From the IMG/VR virus record IMGVR_UViG_3300008017_000012: a stretch of 64,000 nt of DNA. One strand, given 5' to 3'. Under the pieces are notes generated by a model that was given only the letters and a program-made list of their open reading frames with translations, had not been told where the DNA came from and did not search any database. Origin of the DNA: a virus. How positions within the stretch are numbered: the first letter of the stretch is position 1; each line of letters begins with the position of its first letter. Positions 47,208-57,262 of the stretch are shown here, one piece after another. The position numbers and the translations under genes were made by a program.

Positions 47208-49085
47208 TTAAACTCCATTTATATCAAATTGTTTAGATTTTACTTTTTCTTTTCGATAAGTTACAGTTTTCCCACTCATCCAATTTTTAATATAATCTTC
47301 ATAAGAATCTTCAACTTCAAAATCAACAATAAATGATTCTAACCCATCTTTAGCAAAGATATATTTTAACTCATCTTTTTTCCAAGAGCCTAAACCTTTT
47401 TTATAAAAATACTCATAATTTTCTTTATTATTTTCTTTAAAAATATTATATTCTTCAAACGAATAAAAACATTTCAAAATTTTATTTCTTTTTTTAGCAA
47501 CAATCATAGGAGTTTTAAGATACGAGACTTGGTTATTAGCAATTAATGAAGGAGCAAATCTTTGGAACAAACAAAGTAATAAGCCTCTAATAGATATACC
47601 ATCAAGGTCTGAATCTGTTGCAAAAACAATTTTTTGATGTGAAATAGATTGAATATCTTTATCTAAACGAAGGTTAAGAATACTGATAATATTTTTTAAT
47701 TCTTCATTAGATGTTATTTTAGTAATAGAAGCTTCTAAAGAGTTTAAAGGTTTTCCTTTAAGAGGAAAAAAAGAGCATTTTTCACGACCAATAACAGGCA
47801 TTAATAATGAATTAGCTGAATCTCCTTCTGATAACATAAGATATGTTTGTTGTTTAACAGCAGGATAATATTTATCAATACGAATTTTTTTCTTAGAAGA
47901 ATTTAATTTTTTAAGTTCAATATTATCTTTTACTTGTTGTTTGAGTTTATAGGATTCAACAATAGGTAAAATAATTTCTTCATTTTTACAAATTGATTTT
48001 AATAATTTCTCAGAAAGAAGTTCATTAATTAAATCTTTAAAATTGTTATTACTAATAAGTCTTTCTTTTGATTGATTATCAAAACTAGGAGCTTTCATTC
48101 TAATAGCTAAAATCAAGAAAAGTTTTGATTTAATGTCAAGAGGTTTAACATCTATTTTATGTTTTTTCTTTAAAAAGTTTCTTAAATAATCAACAATCAA
48201 AGATAAAGCATAATCAATATGAGTACCACCCCTTGAGGTATGAGTACCATTAACCCAACTCATTTGCTGAAAATCAGTATCAGAATAAAATAATCCAATA
48301 CGAGCATTTTCAACTTCATTACATTCATATACTTCATGAATTTGTTTCAAAAAACTTTTCAGATTGTTTCCATGAATTTTTTCTTTGTTATACGTAAATT
48401 CAATTTCTGGATAAGCAAAAGCAAGATCTGTAATACGTTTATGATAAAGAGAATCCAAATTGTTATTAACATCATCAGAAATATTAAAATAATTATAATT
48501 TAAAAAATATGTGATAATAGTAAAATTTTTATTGGATTTTTTAATAATTGGTGGTCTTTTAATAGCAATATGGTTTTCAAGTAATTGTTTGTAATGGAAT
48601 TTACCATTAGCAGTATCAATAATAAATTTCCTTGAAAAAATAGCTGCAAGTGAGCCACCTACTCCATTCATCCCTGCAAGCATAGCTTTATTTTCATCAT
48701 CAAAATTACTTCCAGCATTTAAATTTGTATAAATTTGTTCTGGTGTATATATACCAGTTTCTATATTTTTTTCAATTGGTAAACCCCTGCCATTATCTTC
48801 AATTGTAACTGAACCTTCAGTTTTATTGAATGTTACTTTAATCTTATTTGCATATTGAAAATTAGTTCTAATTGATTCATCAACAGCATTGGTCAAAATC
48901 TCATCATAAAGTTTTAATATTCCTGGTATTTGTGGTATATCTTTCTGTACAATATATCCATTTTCATAGACATACGATGAAATTTTTTCTTCACTTGTTG
49001 AACCAATATACATTGGTGCTCGTAATAAACAATGTTCCACTGGATTTAATTGTACAATATCATTTTTCCTCAAAGCTTGACTCAT
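47208..49085 (-). CDS. 39: Type II topoisomerase, GyrB-like subunit (T4 gp39+60-like, unsplit)
   Basis: EILTNAVD, EDNGRG, GMNGVGG, EGDSA, PLKGK, DSDLDG, KGLGS. Confidence 0.93.
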   Translation of the reverse strand: MSQALRKNDIVQLNPVEHCLLRAPMYIGSTSEEKISSYVYENGYIVQKDIPQIPGILKLYDEILTNAVDESIRTNFQYANKIKVTFNKTEGSVTIEDNGRGLPIEKNIETGIYTPEQIYTNLNAGSNFDDENKAMLAGMNGVGGSLAAIFSRKFIIDTANGKFHYKQLLENHIAIKRPPIIKKSNKNFTIITYFLNYNYFNISDDVNNNLDSLYHKRITDLAFAYPEIEFTYNKEKIHGNNLKSFLKQIHEVYECNEVENARIGLFYSDTDFQQMSWVNGTHTSRGGTHIDYALSLIVDYLRNFLKKKHKIDVKPLDIKSKLFLILAIRMKAPSFDNQSKERLISNNNFKDLINELLSEKLLKSICKNEEIILPIVESYKLKQQVKDNIELKKLNSSKKKIRIDKYYPAVKQQTYLMLSEGDSANSLLMPVIGREKCSFFPLKGKPLNSLEASITKITSNEELKNIISILNLRLDKDIQSISHQKIVFATDSDLDGISIRGLLLCLFQRFAPSLIANNQVSYLKTPMIVAKKRNKILKCFYSFEEYNIFKENNKENYEYFYKKGLGSWKKDELKYIFAKDGLESFIVDFEVEDSYEDYIKNWMSGKTVTYRKEKVKSKQFDINGV

Positions 49086-49221
49086 AAATTATTCCTTTAA
49101 ATTATTTCTGCTTTTTAGTTAGTTTTCTATTTATCTTATCTTATAGTTTTTCTTTTGTCAAATAAAAAATCCTCTAAAATATTAGAGGATTTTAATTTTT
49201 TAAAAATTTAAAATAAATAAT

Positions 49222-49635
49222 TTAAATCATAGAATAAACATATTGATTATTAGAAAATTGTTCTAAAGGAATTTCTCTTCTATATCTATGACCATATTTA
49301 TCTTCAAGAGTAATATTATCAGAATCAGGTAAAAGCTTTTTATCAACTAAAACTGTTTTATTTGATTGTCTGTATACTTTAACAGTTTTAGTTGAAGAAG
49401 GCAGAACAATAAAAGTTTCTATTTTATTTTCTTTTTTTTCAAATATCTTAAGAGTTTTAGAAAAATTACTTTCAGATTTAGTTTTTTTATAATTCTTCAC
49501 CATTTTTGTAACTGTACCAACAACAGCTTCCCAATTTTCCCCATATTCATCTTTAGCTTTTTCCCAAAAAATTTCTATTTGTTTCATGGGAACATTATAT
49601 TTTTCTGAAAATGATTTTAATAATTTGTTTGGCAT
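49222..49635 (-). CDS. Late hypothetical protein
   Basis: Last gene of the minus-strand late cluster; terminator at about 49165-49195. Confidence 0.6.
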   Translation of the reverse strand: MPNKLLKSFSEKYNVPMKQIEIFWEKAKDEYGENWEAVVGTVTKMVKNYKKTKSESNFSKTLKIFEKKENKIETFIVLPSSTKTVKVYRQSNKTVLVDKKLLPDSDNITLEDKYGHRYRREIPLEQFSNNQYVYSMI

Positions 49636-49637
49636 TT

Positions 49638-49931
49638 TTATTTATCCCCTATTTTAAATGTTTTTAACCCTTCTTTTGGGTGTGCTAGAATAAAATTTGA
49701 AACAGAAATACCTAATTTAGTTGGAGTAGTTGCTGTATTTATAACTCCAATAACTTTTGATTTAGTTTGTGGTGTTAGATTATTAGCTGCATCTAATTTT
49801 TGTTTGATGTATTTTTTACCATCTTCAATAGTCATTTTAATAATTTTATCAACATCATCCATATTAAATATAGATTTACCTTTAATTTCTTTTTCAAGAA
49901 TAAGGTTAAAAATTTGTAAAAATCTGCCCAT
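49638..49931 (-). CDS. Late hypothetical protein
   Basis: AGGAG RBS. Confidence 0.6.
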   Translation of the reverse strand: MGRFLQIFNLILEKEIKGKSIFNMDDVDKIIKMTIEDGKKYIKQKLDAANNLTPQTKSKVIGVINTATTPTKLGISVSNFILAHPKEGLKTFKIGDK

Positions 49932-49960
49932 AAAAACTCCTAATAATGATTATTTAAATA

Positions 49961-50650
49961 TTATTCAACTTCAATAATTTCAAAATTCTTTAAATGATAA
50001 AATTTATTTTCACATAAAATAACTTCAACAGTACAATTTTCAAAAACTAAATTTTTTATATTATAACCATATTGTTTTTCTTCAGCCAAGAGTTCATTTT
50101 TACAATGTTCAGTCATTAAGTAATCAATATACTTAATAAACTTAGATGAATAATCATCATAATATGATTCAAGGATTATTTTTTTTGTTTTACCAGAATC
50201 ATTTTTTTGAATATCTTGTTTGCCGTGGGGTAGCATGGTAATAATAACAAATTGATTACCTTTTACTTCTCCTGATTTATCTGGTCGATAATCAATAGCA
50301 ATAGCTTGATTCAAACTTTTTGAGTAAAAAAGATATTCCCCTGGTGAAATATCTTGTTCAAGAGAACTATCAATAATATTAGAAAAGAATTTTTTTAATT
50401 GTGTAGCAGATAGTTTATTTCTTTCTTCAAATCGTTCATAACCATGTGTTGTTGTAATAAACCATTTCCCTTTATATTCAAAAATATAATTAAGGGATTT
50501 ACCTCCTAATTGTTTCCATATAGGTGTATTAATAACTTTTAATCTCGGTTTATTATATACTTCTGGTTCTTTTTTTGTTTGAACACGTTCAGCAGAACGC
50601 ATTAAAGATGCTAAACTTGCTTCTTTAATAAATTCTTTAAATGTTTTCAT
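49961..50650 (-). CDS. MKTFKEFIKEA-tagged hypothetical protein
   Basis: Tag; internal TTHGYERFEER. Confidence 0.65.
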   Translation of the reverse strand: MKTFKEFIKEASLASLMRSAERVQTKKEPEVYNKPRLKVINTPIWKQLGGKSLNYIFEYKGKWFITTTHGYERFEERNKLSATQLKKFFSNIIDSSLEQDISPGEYLFYSKSLNQAIAIDYRPDKSGEVKGNQFVIITMLPHGKQDIQKNDSGKTKKIILESYYDDYSSKFIKYIDYLMTEHCKNELLAEEKQYGYNIKNLVFENCTVEVILCENKFYHLKNFEIIEVE

Positions 50651-50652
50651 TC

Positions 50653-50961
50653 TTACTTACCTTTACTAAAAGAATAGGAATCCACAGTATTTCTTGCATT
50701 ATGATCAATTTTTTTATTTTGAGATTCCCCATCAGCTTTTACTTCAATATCAATTTCTGCATCATAATTGAACTTTTTATTAAGTTCTTTTTCCCAAGCT
50801 TTAGCAGCATTGAATGCTGAATCTCCATCTGTAAGTCCTAGTTTTTTCTGTACAACTTTTCTTTGTTTCTCATAATCAATTGTAGCAATTAAAACATAAT
50901 CACGGATTCCTTCTTTTTTGTTTATTTTAACTTCTGCTAAAATTTCTTTAAAAGATTTCAT
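50653..50961 (-). CDS. MKSFKEILAE-tagged hypothetical protein
   Basis: Tag variant. Confidence 0.6.
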   Translation of the reverse strand: MKSFKEILAEVKINKKEGIRDYVLIATIDYEKQRKVVQKKLGLTDGDSAFNAAKAWEKELNKKFNYDAEIDIEVKADGESQNKKIDHNARNTVDSYSFSKGK

Positions 50962-51314
50962 TTATTATCTCCTTGTTTTTCGATATTAACAACTTTTATA
51001 TTTTTATTTTTGAAAATAACCCAATCATCATCAAGATGAATAGAATCAAAACCTAAATTTTCAATTTCAAACAAACTTAATTTTTCATAATCATCCCAAC
51101 CAGCAGTTTTGTCAACAGTTAAAATTACTTCCATAATATATTTTGAACTTACTGCACCACTTGTACCTTTAATAATTTTATCTTTATCTTCTGAAAACCA
51201 AAAAACACCTTGAGCAGAAAAATCCCTATTAAATTTATTAATAGGTACATTACTTCCATGATAAGCTTTTATTTTTCTTTTATTTTCAGTTAAGAATTGT
51301 TTGAATGATAACAT
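50958..51314 (-). CDS. MLSFKQFLTE-tagged ADP-ribosyltransferase-like protein
   Basis: AYHGS...F......GVFWFS; minus-strand TATAAATA at 51350-51343. Confidence 0.65.
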   Translation of the reverse strand: MLSFKQFLTENKRKIKAYHGSNVPINKFNRDFSAQGVFWFSEDKDKIIKGTSGAVSSKYIMEVILTVDKTAGWDDYEKLSLFEIENLGFDSIHLDDDWVIFKNKNIKVVNIEKQGDNK

Positions 51315-51401
51315 ATATAAACCTTTTATTATAGTTTATATTTATTTATATAAAAAAATATTTATAAAAATAGTTTATTTGAGGGGAGATAATTTCTAAG
51401 A

Positions 51402-51467
51402 AAAGAAACTCCTTTGAAGTTTAAGTATATTGTTTAGAAAACAATATTAGTTCAAAGGAGTTTCTTT
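51402..51467. terminator. Long hairpin after the RNR gene
   Basis: AAAGAAACTCCTTTGAA / TTCAAAGGAGTTTCTTT 17-bp perfect arms with an inner ATATTGTTT/AAACAATAT stem. Confidence 0.7.
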
Positions 51468-51475
51468 GTCAATAT

Positions 51476-53713
51476 TTAAATTCTTTTAATTTCACAAGCC
51501 CCACCAGAACAAGCAGTTGCAGCATATTCATTAACATCATTATATTTAGGAGCAAGGAGAATTTCTTCAAAATTAATAGATTTAAGGTTACGATTAATTT
51601 TTAACCATTTATGCCATAAATGAACATCTTTCAAACAATAGATCATTTTTTGAATATCACCTTTAAAGTTATTCTTAGCAAATTGTTTTGCTCTACGAAC
51701 CCAATCTTCTTTCAAAATAATTTCAGTTCTAGTACCAACAAATTTTTTATTTTTATTAAGGACAAAATCACAAGCATCCCAAAGATCATTATCAAAATAA
51801 TGTAATCCATCAACAATAATTCCTGATGCAAAAATAACAGCATCACCATATTTATCTAATAACTCTTGAGAATTAAAAACTGAAGTAAATGGTGATTGTG
51901 GATAATCTTTATCACCAAAATCACTTAGAAAACTAATTGCTGTGAATGTTTTTTGATTTTTAAAAACATAATCACTAATTTCTTTTATATCATCAATAAT
52001 AACAGTACATGAAACATTATTCATTAGATATGGTTTATTACATCTTTCAATATGTTTACCACCAGCAATCCATGTATTTTGAACTAATTTGATTTTTTCT
52101 AAATGTGCAACTCCTTTCATTTGTTCTTTAAATAAAGCATTAGGATCATTTTCAACAGGAATATAAATAACATAATCAGAATTTGTTGCTGACCATACAG
52201 AGTCTTCAATCATTTCAGGGAAAGCATTTTCACCTAACCAATTACCAATTTCAGAATATTTATTAATTTGCATTAATCTAAAATAAGTTTTAGCGTGTTC
52301 AGGGTGAATACCAGAAGCAGTTTTAAGCAAAGTACTTGCATTACCTGAAGGTTTTACGGCTGTTGTTCTTGCAGCTGGATTAATATTGATCATATTAGCT
52401 ACTTTTTCATTTGTTTTATTGACAATTGAAACACCAATATTAAGAATTTCTTCATCAAATAATTCTGGATTATCCATCCAACCAGTAATTGAAACCCCAA
52501 TTAAAGCTTCTTTTTTTGTAATGTCTTCTGAATCTTTACCGAGATAAGGAAAATCCGTATAACCAGCTTGAAGTGTTGCAATTACTGAAGCACTTTCACA
52601 AGCTTTGTAAAACTTTTCTTTATCTATTTTTCCATTTTTCATACAATCAATAGCATTAATTTCTGTAAGATTACAAAATTGAAATGCACTTACACCATTA
52701 GGAAGAATAGGAGAAAAACCTATCTCAAAACAAGGGTTCATAACTACATCAGTATCATCACAAAAAACAAACCCTATATCAGACATACCACTATTAAGGT
52801 CAAAAAACTTATCAAAATCTTTTTTTGTAAATTGATCTCTTATTAGTATAACAGAATTATTACTTCTTTCACGTTGTTTATTAGTTTCTCTCCAATTACC
52901 TGTTTTAGCATTAATTAATTCTGTATCAGTAGGGTCAATCATAATAGCCATAGCAGCACGTCTAACCCCACCTGAAAGTGTTGCATCGGCACAATGCATC
53001 AAACAATCATACGCATCAATACTTTTTAATTGTGTATTTTTATCAACTGAATCTAAAAGTTTTTCAATACGTTCTAGAGATTGTTTTAGTCCTTCTGAAC
53101 CAGGAGCTTTAAACCCACCAGAAATTAAAGAACCTTTAGATCTAATTTCAGAATAATCAAAACGCACAACACATCCTTGATATTCAGGAAAAGGAACTTC
53201 ACCATCACAAAATGAACTTAATAATACACCAACTGAATCACTCCAACCTTCTATTGAATCATCAATAACAAAATTTTTAACTGTATTATCACTTCTTTCA
53301 ATTATATTTGGTAATTTTGATACAAATTTTTTATGTAATTGCAAGGTAACACCACATCCACATAATGATAGATAAAATGCTTTATTAATTTTTTCTATGG
53401 AATCTAAATGGGAAACTACACAATTATAAATTCTTGCATTATGTTTTTTAATTTGGTCTTTTCTATATTGTAAATTCCTTTGTGAAGCAAGAATTGTTTT
53501 TTCTTTATACATTTTTTCAGCATTATTAATTAATTCTAATAATTCACTATTATTATCAATTTCATTTTTATATTTTTCACGATGCATATTAATAACATCT
53601 TCACAAGATTCTTCCCATCTCTCATAACGACCTAAAGAAGGAACCCATTTTGCATAATCATTATAAAATTTAAGATCTGATAATAATTGTTTTCCTTTTT
53701 TAAATTTGCTCAT
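51476..53713 (-). CDS. Ribonucleotide reductase catalytic subunit, most like monomeric class II (B12-dependent)
   Basis: NPCFEI active-site loop, FCNLTEIN, TAVKPSG, C-terminal CSGGAC; no beta subunit seen in the window. Class assignment is tentative. Confidence 0.8.
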   Translation of the reverse strand: MSKFKKGKQLLSDLKFYNDYAKWVPSLGRYERWEESCEDVINMHREKYKNEIDNNSELLELINNAEKMYKEKTILASQRNLQYRKDQIKKHNARIYNCVVSHLDSIEKINKAFYLSLCGCGVTLQLHKKFVSKLPNIIERSDNTVKNFVIDDSIEGWSDSVGVLLSSFCDGEVPFPEYQGCVVRFDYSEIRSKGSLISGGFKAPGSEGLKQSLERIEKLLDSVDKNTQLKSIDAYDCLMHCADATLSGGVRRAAMAIMIDPTDTELINAKTGNWRETNKQRERSNNSVILIRDQFTKKDFDKFFDLNSGMSDIGFVFCDDTDVVMNPCFEIGFSPILPNGVSAFQFCNLTEINAIDCMKNGKIDKEKFYKACESASVIATLQAGYTDFPYLGKDSEDITKKEALIGVSITGWMDNPELFDEEILNIGVSIVNKTNEKVANMININPAARTTAVKPSGNASTLLKTASGIHPEHAKTYFRLMQINKYSEIGNWLGENAFPEMIEDSVWSATNSDYVIYIPVENDPNALFKEQMKGVAHLEKIKLVQNTWIAGGKHIERCNKPYLMNNVSCTVIIDDIKEISDYVFKNQKTFTAISFLSDFGDKDYPQSPFTSVFNSQELLDKYGDAVIFASGIIVDGLHYFDNDLWDACDFVLNKNKKFVGTRTEIILKEDWVRRAKQFAKNNFKGDIQKMIYCLKDVHLWHKWLKINRNLKSINFEEILLAPKYNDVNEYAATACSGGACEIKRI

Positions 53714-53847
53714 TTCTTGTCCTTTGCTTTAGTAAAAAAATCTATTTTTTAAAAAATTGGGTTTTATAAAAATCCTTTCATTGGATATTCAAGTTAAAAA
53801 TTTTTAATTAATACATTATCCATAATAAAAAGCTTTTCTAATTTTCA

Positions 53848-54021
53848 TTATTTCTTCCTTTTAGGTGGTTTATTAATTGCAGTTTCAATTAAAAGAATGA
53901 GTTTATTTATGATATAATTTGCATCTTCATCATTTTTTGATTTAATATCATCTTGATTTATTACAGATTTATAATTTTTAATAAATGATCTTAATTCTTT
54001 TTTTGCTTGAGTAGAAGTCAT
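53848..54021 (-). CDS. Small hypothetical protein, 57 aa
   Basis: Manually translated MTSTQAKKELRSFIKNYK... Confidence 0.5.
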   Translation of the reverse strand: MTSTQAKKELRSFIKNYKSVINQDDIKSKNDEDANYIINKLILLIETAINKPPKRKK

Positions 54022-54043
54022 AAAAATTACCTATGGAGTATTT

Positions 54044-54694
54044 TTAAATTTTTAGTAATTCTTTAGTTGAGACAGGGAAATATTTTTGCATTATAGGCAA
54101 AACTAAGTTAGCAAATAGCTGTGCTTCTTGTTGTGCATGAGAATCTAAACGCAATTTACATACTCTAGCCCAAAATAATAAAGTTCCAGTCCAATACCAT
54201 TCTGTCATCGTATTTAATGGTAAAACAATTCTAGCTTGTTCTGGTGCAACACCAAGATTTAATAATTCTTCATACTCTGTTAAACATTTTGAAACAACTG
54301 AATGTACTTTATCTTGCGCAGCCATATTATGTTGAATTGGTTCATTGATAGAACCTTGTTTTAGATTTTCTGCTCTTTGTCTAAAAAAATCAGGGAACCA
54401 AAATTCAGGTTCATAAGAAACATAGCGTCTTGAAACTTCATTCCATGAAGCGCCAATCTGGTGTTTAGCTAGTTGTCTAGTCAAAAAAATAGGAGCTTTA
54501 CATTTTAATTGGATAGAAGTATGAGCAAAAGGAGACCAATGATCATGTTTTGCTAGATATTTAATTAATTGTTCATCTTTTTCTAAAAAATCTTCATTAT
54601 TATCTTGATTAAAAGAAACTCTTGCTGCATTTACTACTGTTTTATCAGTTCCCATGTGATTAATATATGTTACTTCAATATTAGCTTCTTTCAT
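54044..54694 (-). CDS. thyX: Flavin-dependent thymidylate synthase
   Basis: H.SPF.H, RQL.KH...S.NEVSRRY, LR...HAQ.E. Confidence 0.93.
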   Translation of the reverse strand: MKEANIEVTYINHMGTDKTVVNAARVSFNQDNNEDFLEKDEQLIKYLAKHDHWSPFAHTSIQLKCKAPIFLTRQLAKHQIGASWNEVSRRYVSYEPEFWFPDFFRQRAENLKQGSINEPIQHNMAAQDKVHSVVSKCLTEYEELLNLGVAPEQARIVLPLNTMTEWYWTGTLLFWARVCKLRLDSHAQQEAQLFANLVLPIMQKYFPVSTKELLKI

Positions 54695-54728
54695 TTATTA
54701 ATTCCTTTCAGATATACATTTTTTTATT

Positions 54729-55007
54729 TTATAGAGTTATATTTTTAGCTCTAGCATTATTATATCTTTCTTCAATTTTTTTCTCAGAATCTAAATTTTT
54801 ATTCATTTCATTTTGAGTTACTTCATATCCAGTATTAAAAAACCATCCTGACCCTAGAAATTTCACCATTGGGGCTGTTACTACTTGATACATTAAATAA
54901 TCACATTCACAAGTAATTTGATTTTTTTTCTTTGAATGTTCTTCGAATGACATTTTAATTTCTTTTGTAACACCACATTTATCACATTTATAAATATATA
55001 TTGCCAT
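54729..55007 (-). CDS. FmdB-family zinc-ribbon protein
   Basis: M.IY.YKC.KCG...C.C...F.GSGW. Confidence 0.8.
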   Translation of the reverse strand: MAIYIYKCDKCGVTKEIKMSFEEHSKKKNQITCECDYLMYQVVTAPMVKFLGSGWFFNTGYEVTQNEMNKNLDSEKKIEERYNNARAKNITL

Positions 55008-55991
55008 TTAACGTTCCTTCCTCATATTTTTAAAAGTCAATCTTGTTTTTAATTCTATACCAGCATAACAGTTATCTAATATTAATTGTTTAACTTTTTT
55101 ATTTGACCAACCATTAACAGATAAATCATTAAAATCTTTATATTTTATTTCATTAGGCCATACAAAAACTTCACAATTATTATCACAATATTTTAAAGAT
55201 TTTAAAATACCAGTTTTATCATTATCAAAACCATAGATTATTCTTGAATTTTCAAAATATTTTTTAACACCTACAGTTAAATCTGAACCTACCATAGCAA
55301 TTGAATTTTCAATATTATAATGATCTATAATTGATTCAACTGCTATAATTGGTTTCTTTTTATTTACATGAAAAATACCACAAGATTTAAAGGAATCATT
55401 TTTACAAAAAACGTGAAAATTTTTATTTTCTGTGTGTCTACCTTGAAACCCATAAAGTCTTTCATCACCAAGAAGAAAAGGAAAAATTAACATTCCTTTC
55501 AATATGGATTTTTCATTTATATTATAATACAATGTATCTAATTTATCAAGAATATTTCTCTTTTTACAAAATTCAATAGCTTTTTTATAATTTTTAGCTG
55601 GTTTAAAATACTCTTTATTTAGAGTAAATTTATATTTAATATCAAGATTGTCAATATTTATTTTTAAAGATTTTTCTTTTTTTATTAATTTTCCTTCTTT
55701 CAGAGAATTTAAAAAATCTTCTTTTTCTTCTTTTAAATACTCTTCAAAAACTAAAGGATCAACTAATTTAATAAATTCTCTAAGGTTTGTACTAAGATTA
55801 CAATTATGGCAAAAAACTAATATTGTATCAGGTAGTTTATCAGTTAAAAACCAAAGTCTTTTTTTATATTTTGATTTACGACTATCACCACAAACAGGGC
55901 ATCTCCCATTAAAATTATTATTTACTTTATGTATTCCTTCTATATTAAGTAAATGAATAAATTTTAATTGATCATATTTTTGTAGTGCCAT
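55008..55991 (-). CDS. 61: DNA primase (T4 gp61-like)
   Basis: RCPVCGDS...FCHNC zinc finger; VESIID, DNDKTG, KDFND TOPRIM motifs. Confidence 0.92.
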   Translation of the reverse strand: MALQKYDQLKFIHLLNIEGIHKVNNNFNGRCPVCGDSRKSKYKKRLWFLTDKLPDTILVFCHNCNLSTNLREFIKLVDPLVFEEYLKEEKEDFLNSLKEGKLIKKEKSLKINIDNLDIKYKFTLNKEYFKPAKNYKKAIEFCKKRNILDKLDTLYYNINEKSILKGMLIFPFLLGDERLYGFQGRHTENKNFHVFCKNDSFKSCGIFHVNKKKPIIAVESIIDHYNIENSIAMVGSDLTVGVKKYFENSRIIYGFDNDKTGILKSLKYCDNNCEVFVWPNEIKYKDFNDLSVNGWSNKKVKQLILDNCYAGIELKTRLTFKNMRKER

Positions 55992-56001
55992 TATTTAATT
56001 C

Positions 56002-56190
56002 CTAAATCATAAATTCACAAATTTCACTATCTTCACATTCTTTTACTGTGCATGGTTTTACTTTTGATGGACTTAATTTTCTACATTCTATATTTAAATC
56101 ACACCGTATACAGCATAAATTTGTGCTTTGTTTACAAAAACTTGGCCTAATTTTTGCTGAACAAAATAAATATTTTTCTTTATCTGACAT
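56002..56190 (-). CDS. Small Cys-rich protein
   Basis: Nine Cys in 62 aa. Confidence 0.55.
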   Translation of the reverse strand: MSDKEKYLFCSAKIRPSFCKQSTNLCCIRCDLNIECRKLSPSKVKPCTVKECEDSEICEFMI

Positions 56191-56213
56191 TTTTGTTTCT
56201 CCTTTTTTAAAAG

Positions 56214-57155
56214 TTAACTAAAAAAATTCTCAATGTTACTTTCTTCAATATCTTCATTTTTCTTTTTTTCATCTATACTACTAGTCATTTTAGTTTCAAT
56301 TTTTTTATCATCTAATTTAAAATTATTAATATCTTCTGAATGTTTTACAAGATTAAACTTGACAAAATCACTCATCAATTTCATTCCATTATAAGAAAAA
56401 GACTGATTATTAAATTCCTCAATAATTGAATTATAGATTTCTAAAGGGATATAATCAAAATCAACAAGGTTTTGGTTAAAATCCCAGTGTTTTTTCATCA
56501 AAGGATCTGTAGATAAAAGATCATCTAATTCCGATAGAATTTTAATAGCAGTTTTTTCCCCTAATCTAGGTCTAATAGCAAGAATATTATCACTCTTATC
56601 CCCAATCATAGTATGAATTTTTTTAAAAAGTTGAACATCAATTTGTGGTTTAAAAATTTGTTTATGTTGATCATATATTAATACTTTATTTTTATCTTGA
56701 AGCTGAACAAAGTCTTTATCTGAAGATAATATATATATAGTTTCTTTATCTTTGAAATGTTTTGTTAGACAAGCAATAACATCATCTCCTTCTGCTTCGT
56801 CTATTTGAATGACGTACATATCAGAATAATTTTTTAAAGACTCCATGACGCTATTATAGCACGAATAGATAGCATCCCAATCAAACTTTGTATCTTTAGT
56901 TCTATTACCTTTATATTGTTGTTCTTCAAGTCTAGGAATACCATCTCTATTATCTAGATAATATTTTTTCCTCCAGTTATTTTTTCCTTCAAGTGCAATA
57001 ACAAAAGGATTTTGTTTAGATGCTCCAAATTTTTTAGATAAATATGTAATTTGAGATAATACTAAATGTGTGATAAAATTTGGATTTTCAATAATATCAT
57101 CAGCATTAGCCCAAAGAACCCGATTCATTGCCATAGCACCATCTAAAATTATCAT
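56214..57155 (-). CDS. rnh: RNase H / 5'-3' flap exonuclease (T4 rnh-like)
   Basis: ILDG, YKGNR, EGDDVIA, SSDKDF.QL, GDKSDNI. Confidence 0.92.
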   Translation of the reverse strand: MIILDGAMAMNRVLWANADDIIENPNFITHLVLSQITYLSKKFGASKQNPFVIALEGKNNWRKKYYLDNRDGIPRLEEQQYKGNRTKDTKFDWDAIYSCYNSVMESLKNYSDMYVIQIDEAEGDDVIACLTKHFKDKETIYILSSDKDFVQLQDKNKVLIYDQHKQIFKPQIDVQLFKKIHTMIGDKSDNILAIRPRLGEKTAIKILSELDDLLSTDPLMKKHWDFNQNLVDFDYIPLEIYNSIIEEFNNQSFSYNGMKLMSDFVKFNLVKHSEDINNFKLDDKKIETKMTSSIDEKKKNEDIEESNIENFFS

Positions 57156-57262
57156 TTAACTCTCCTATATAAAATAATAATCAAGTATATCATATTAAAT
57201 TTATTTTTTCAACTTTTATTTTTTGTAAAATTGTAAACTATTAGTTTACATTTGAACATTTT

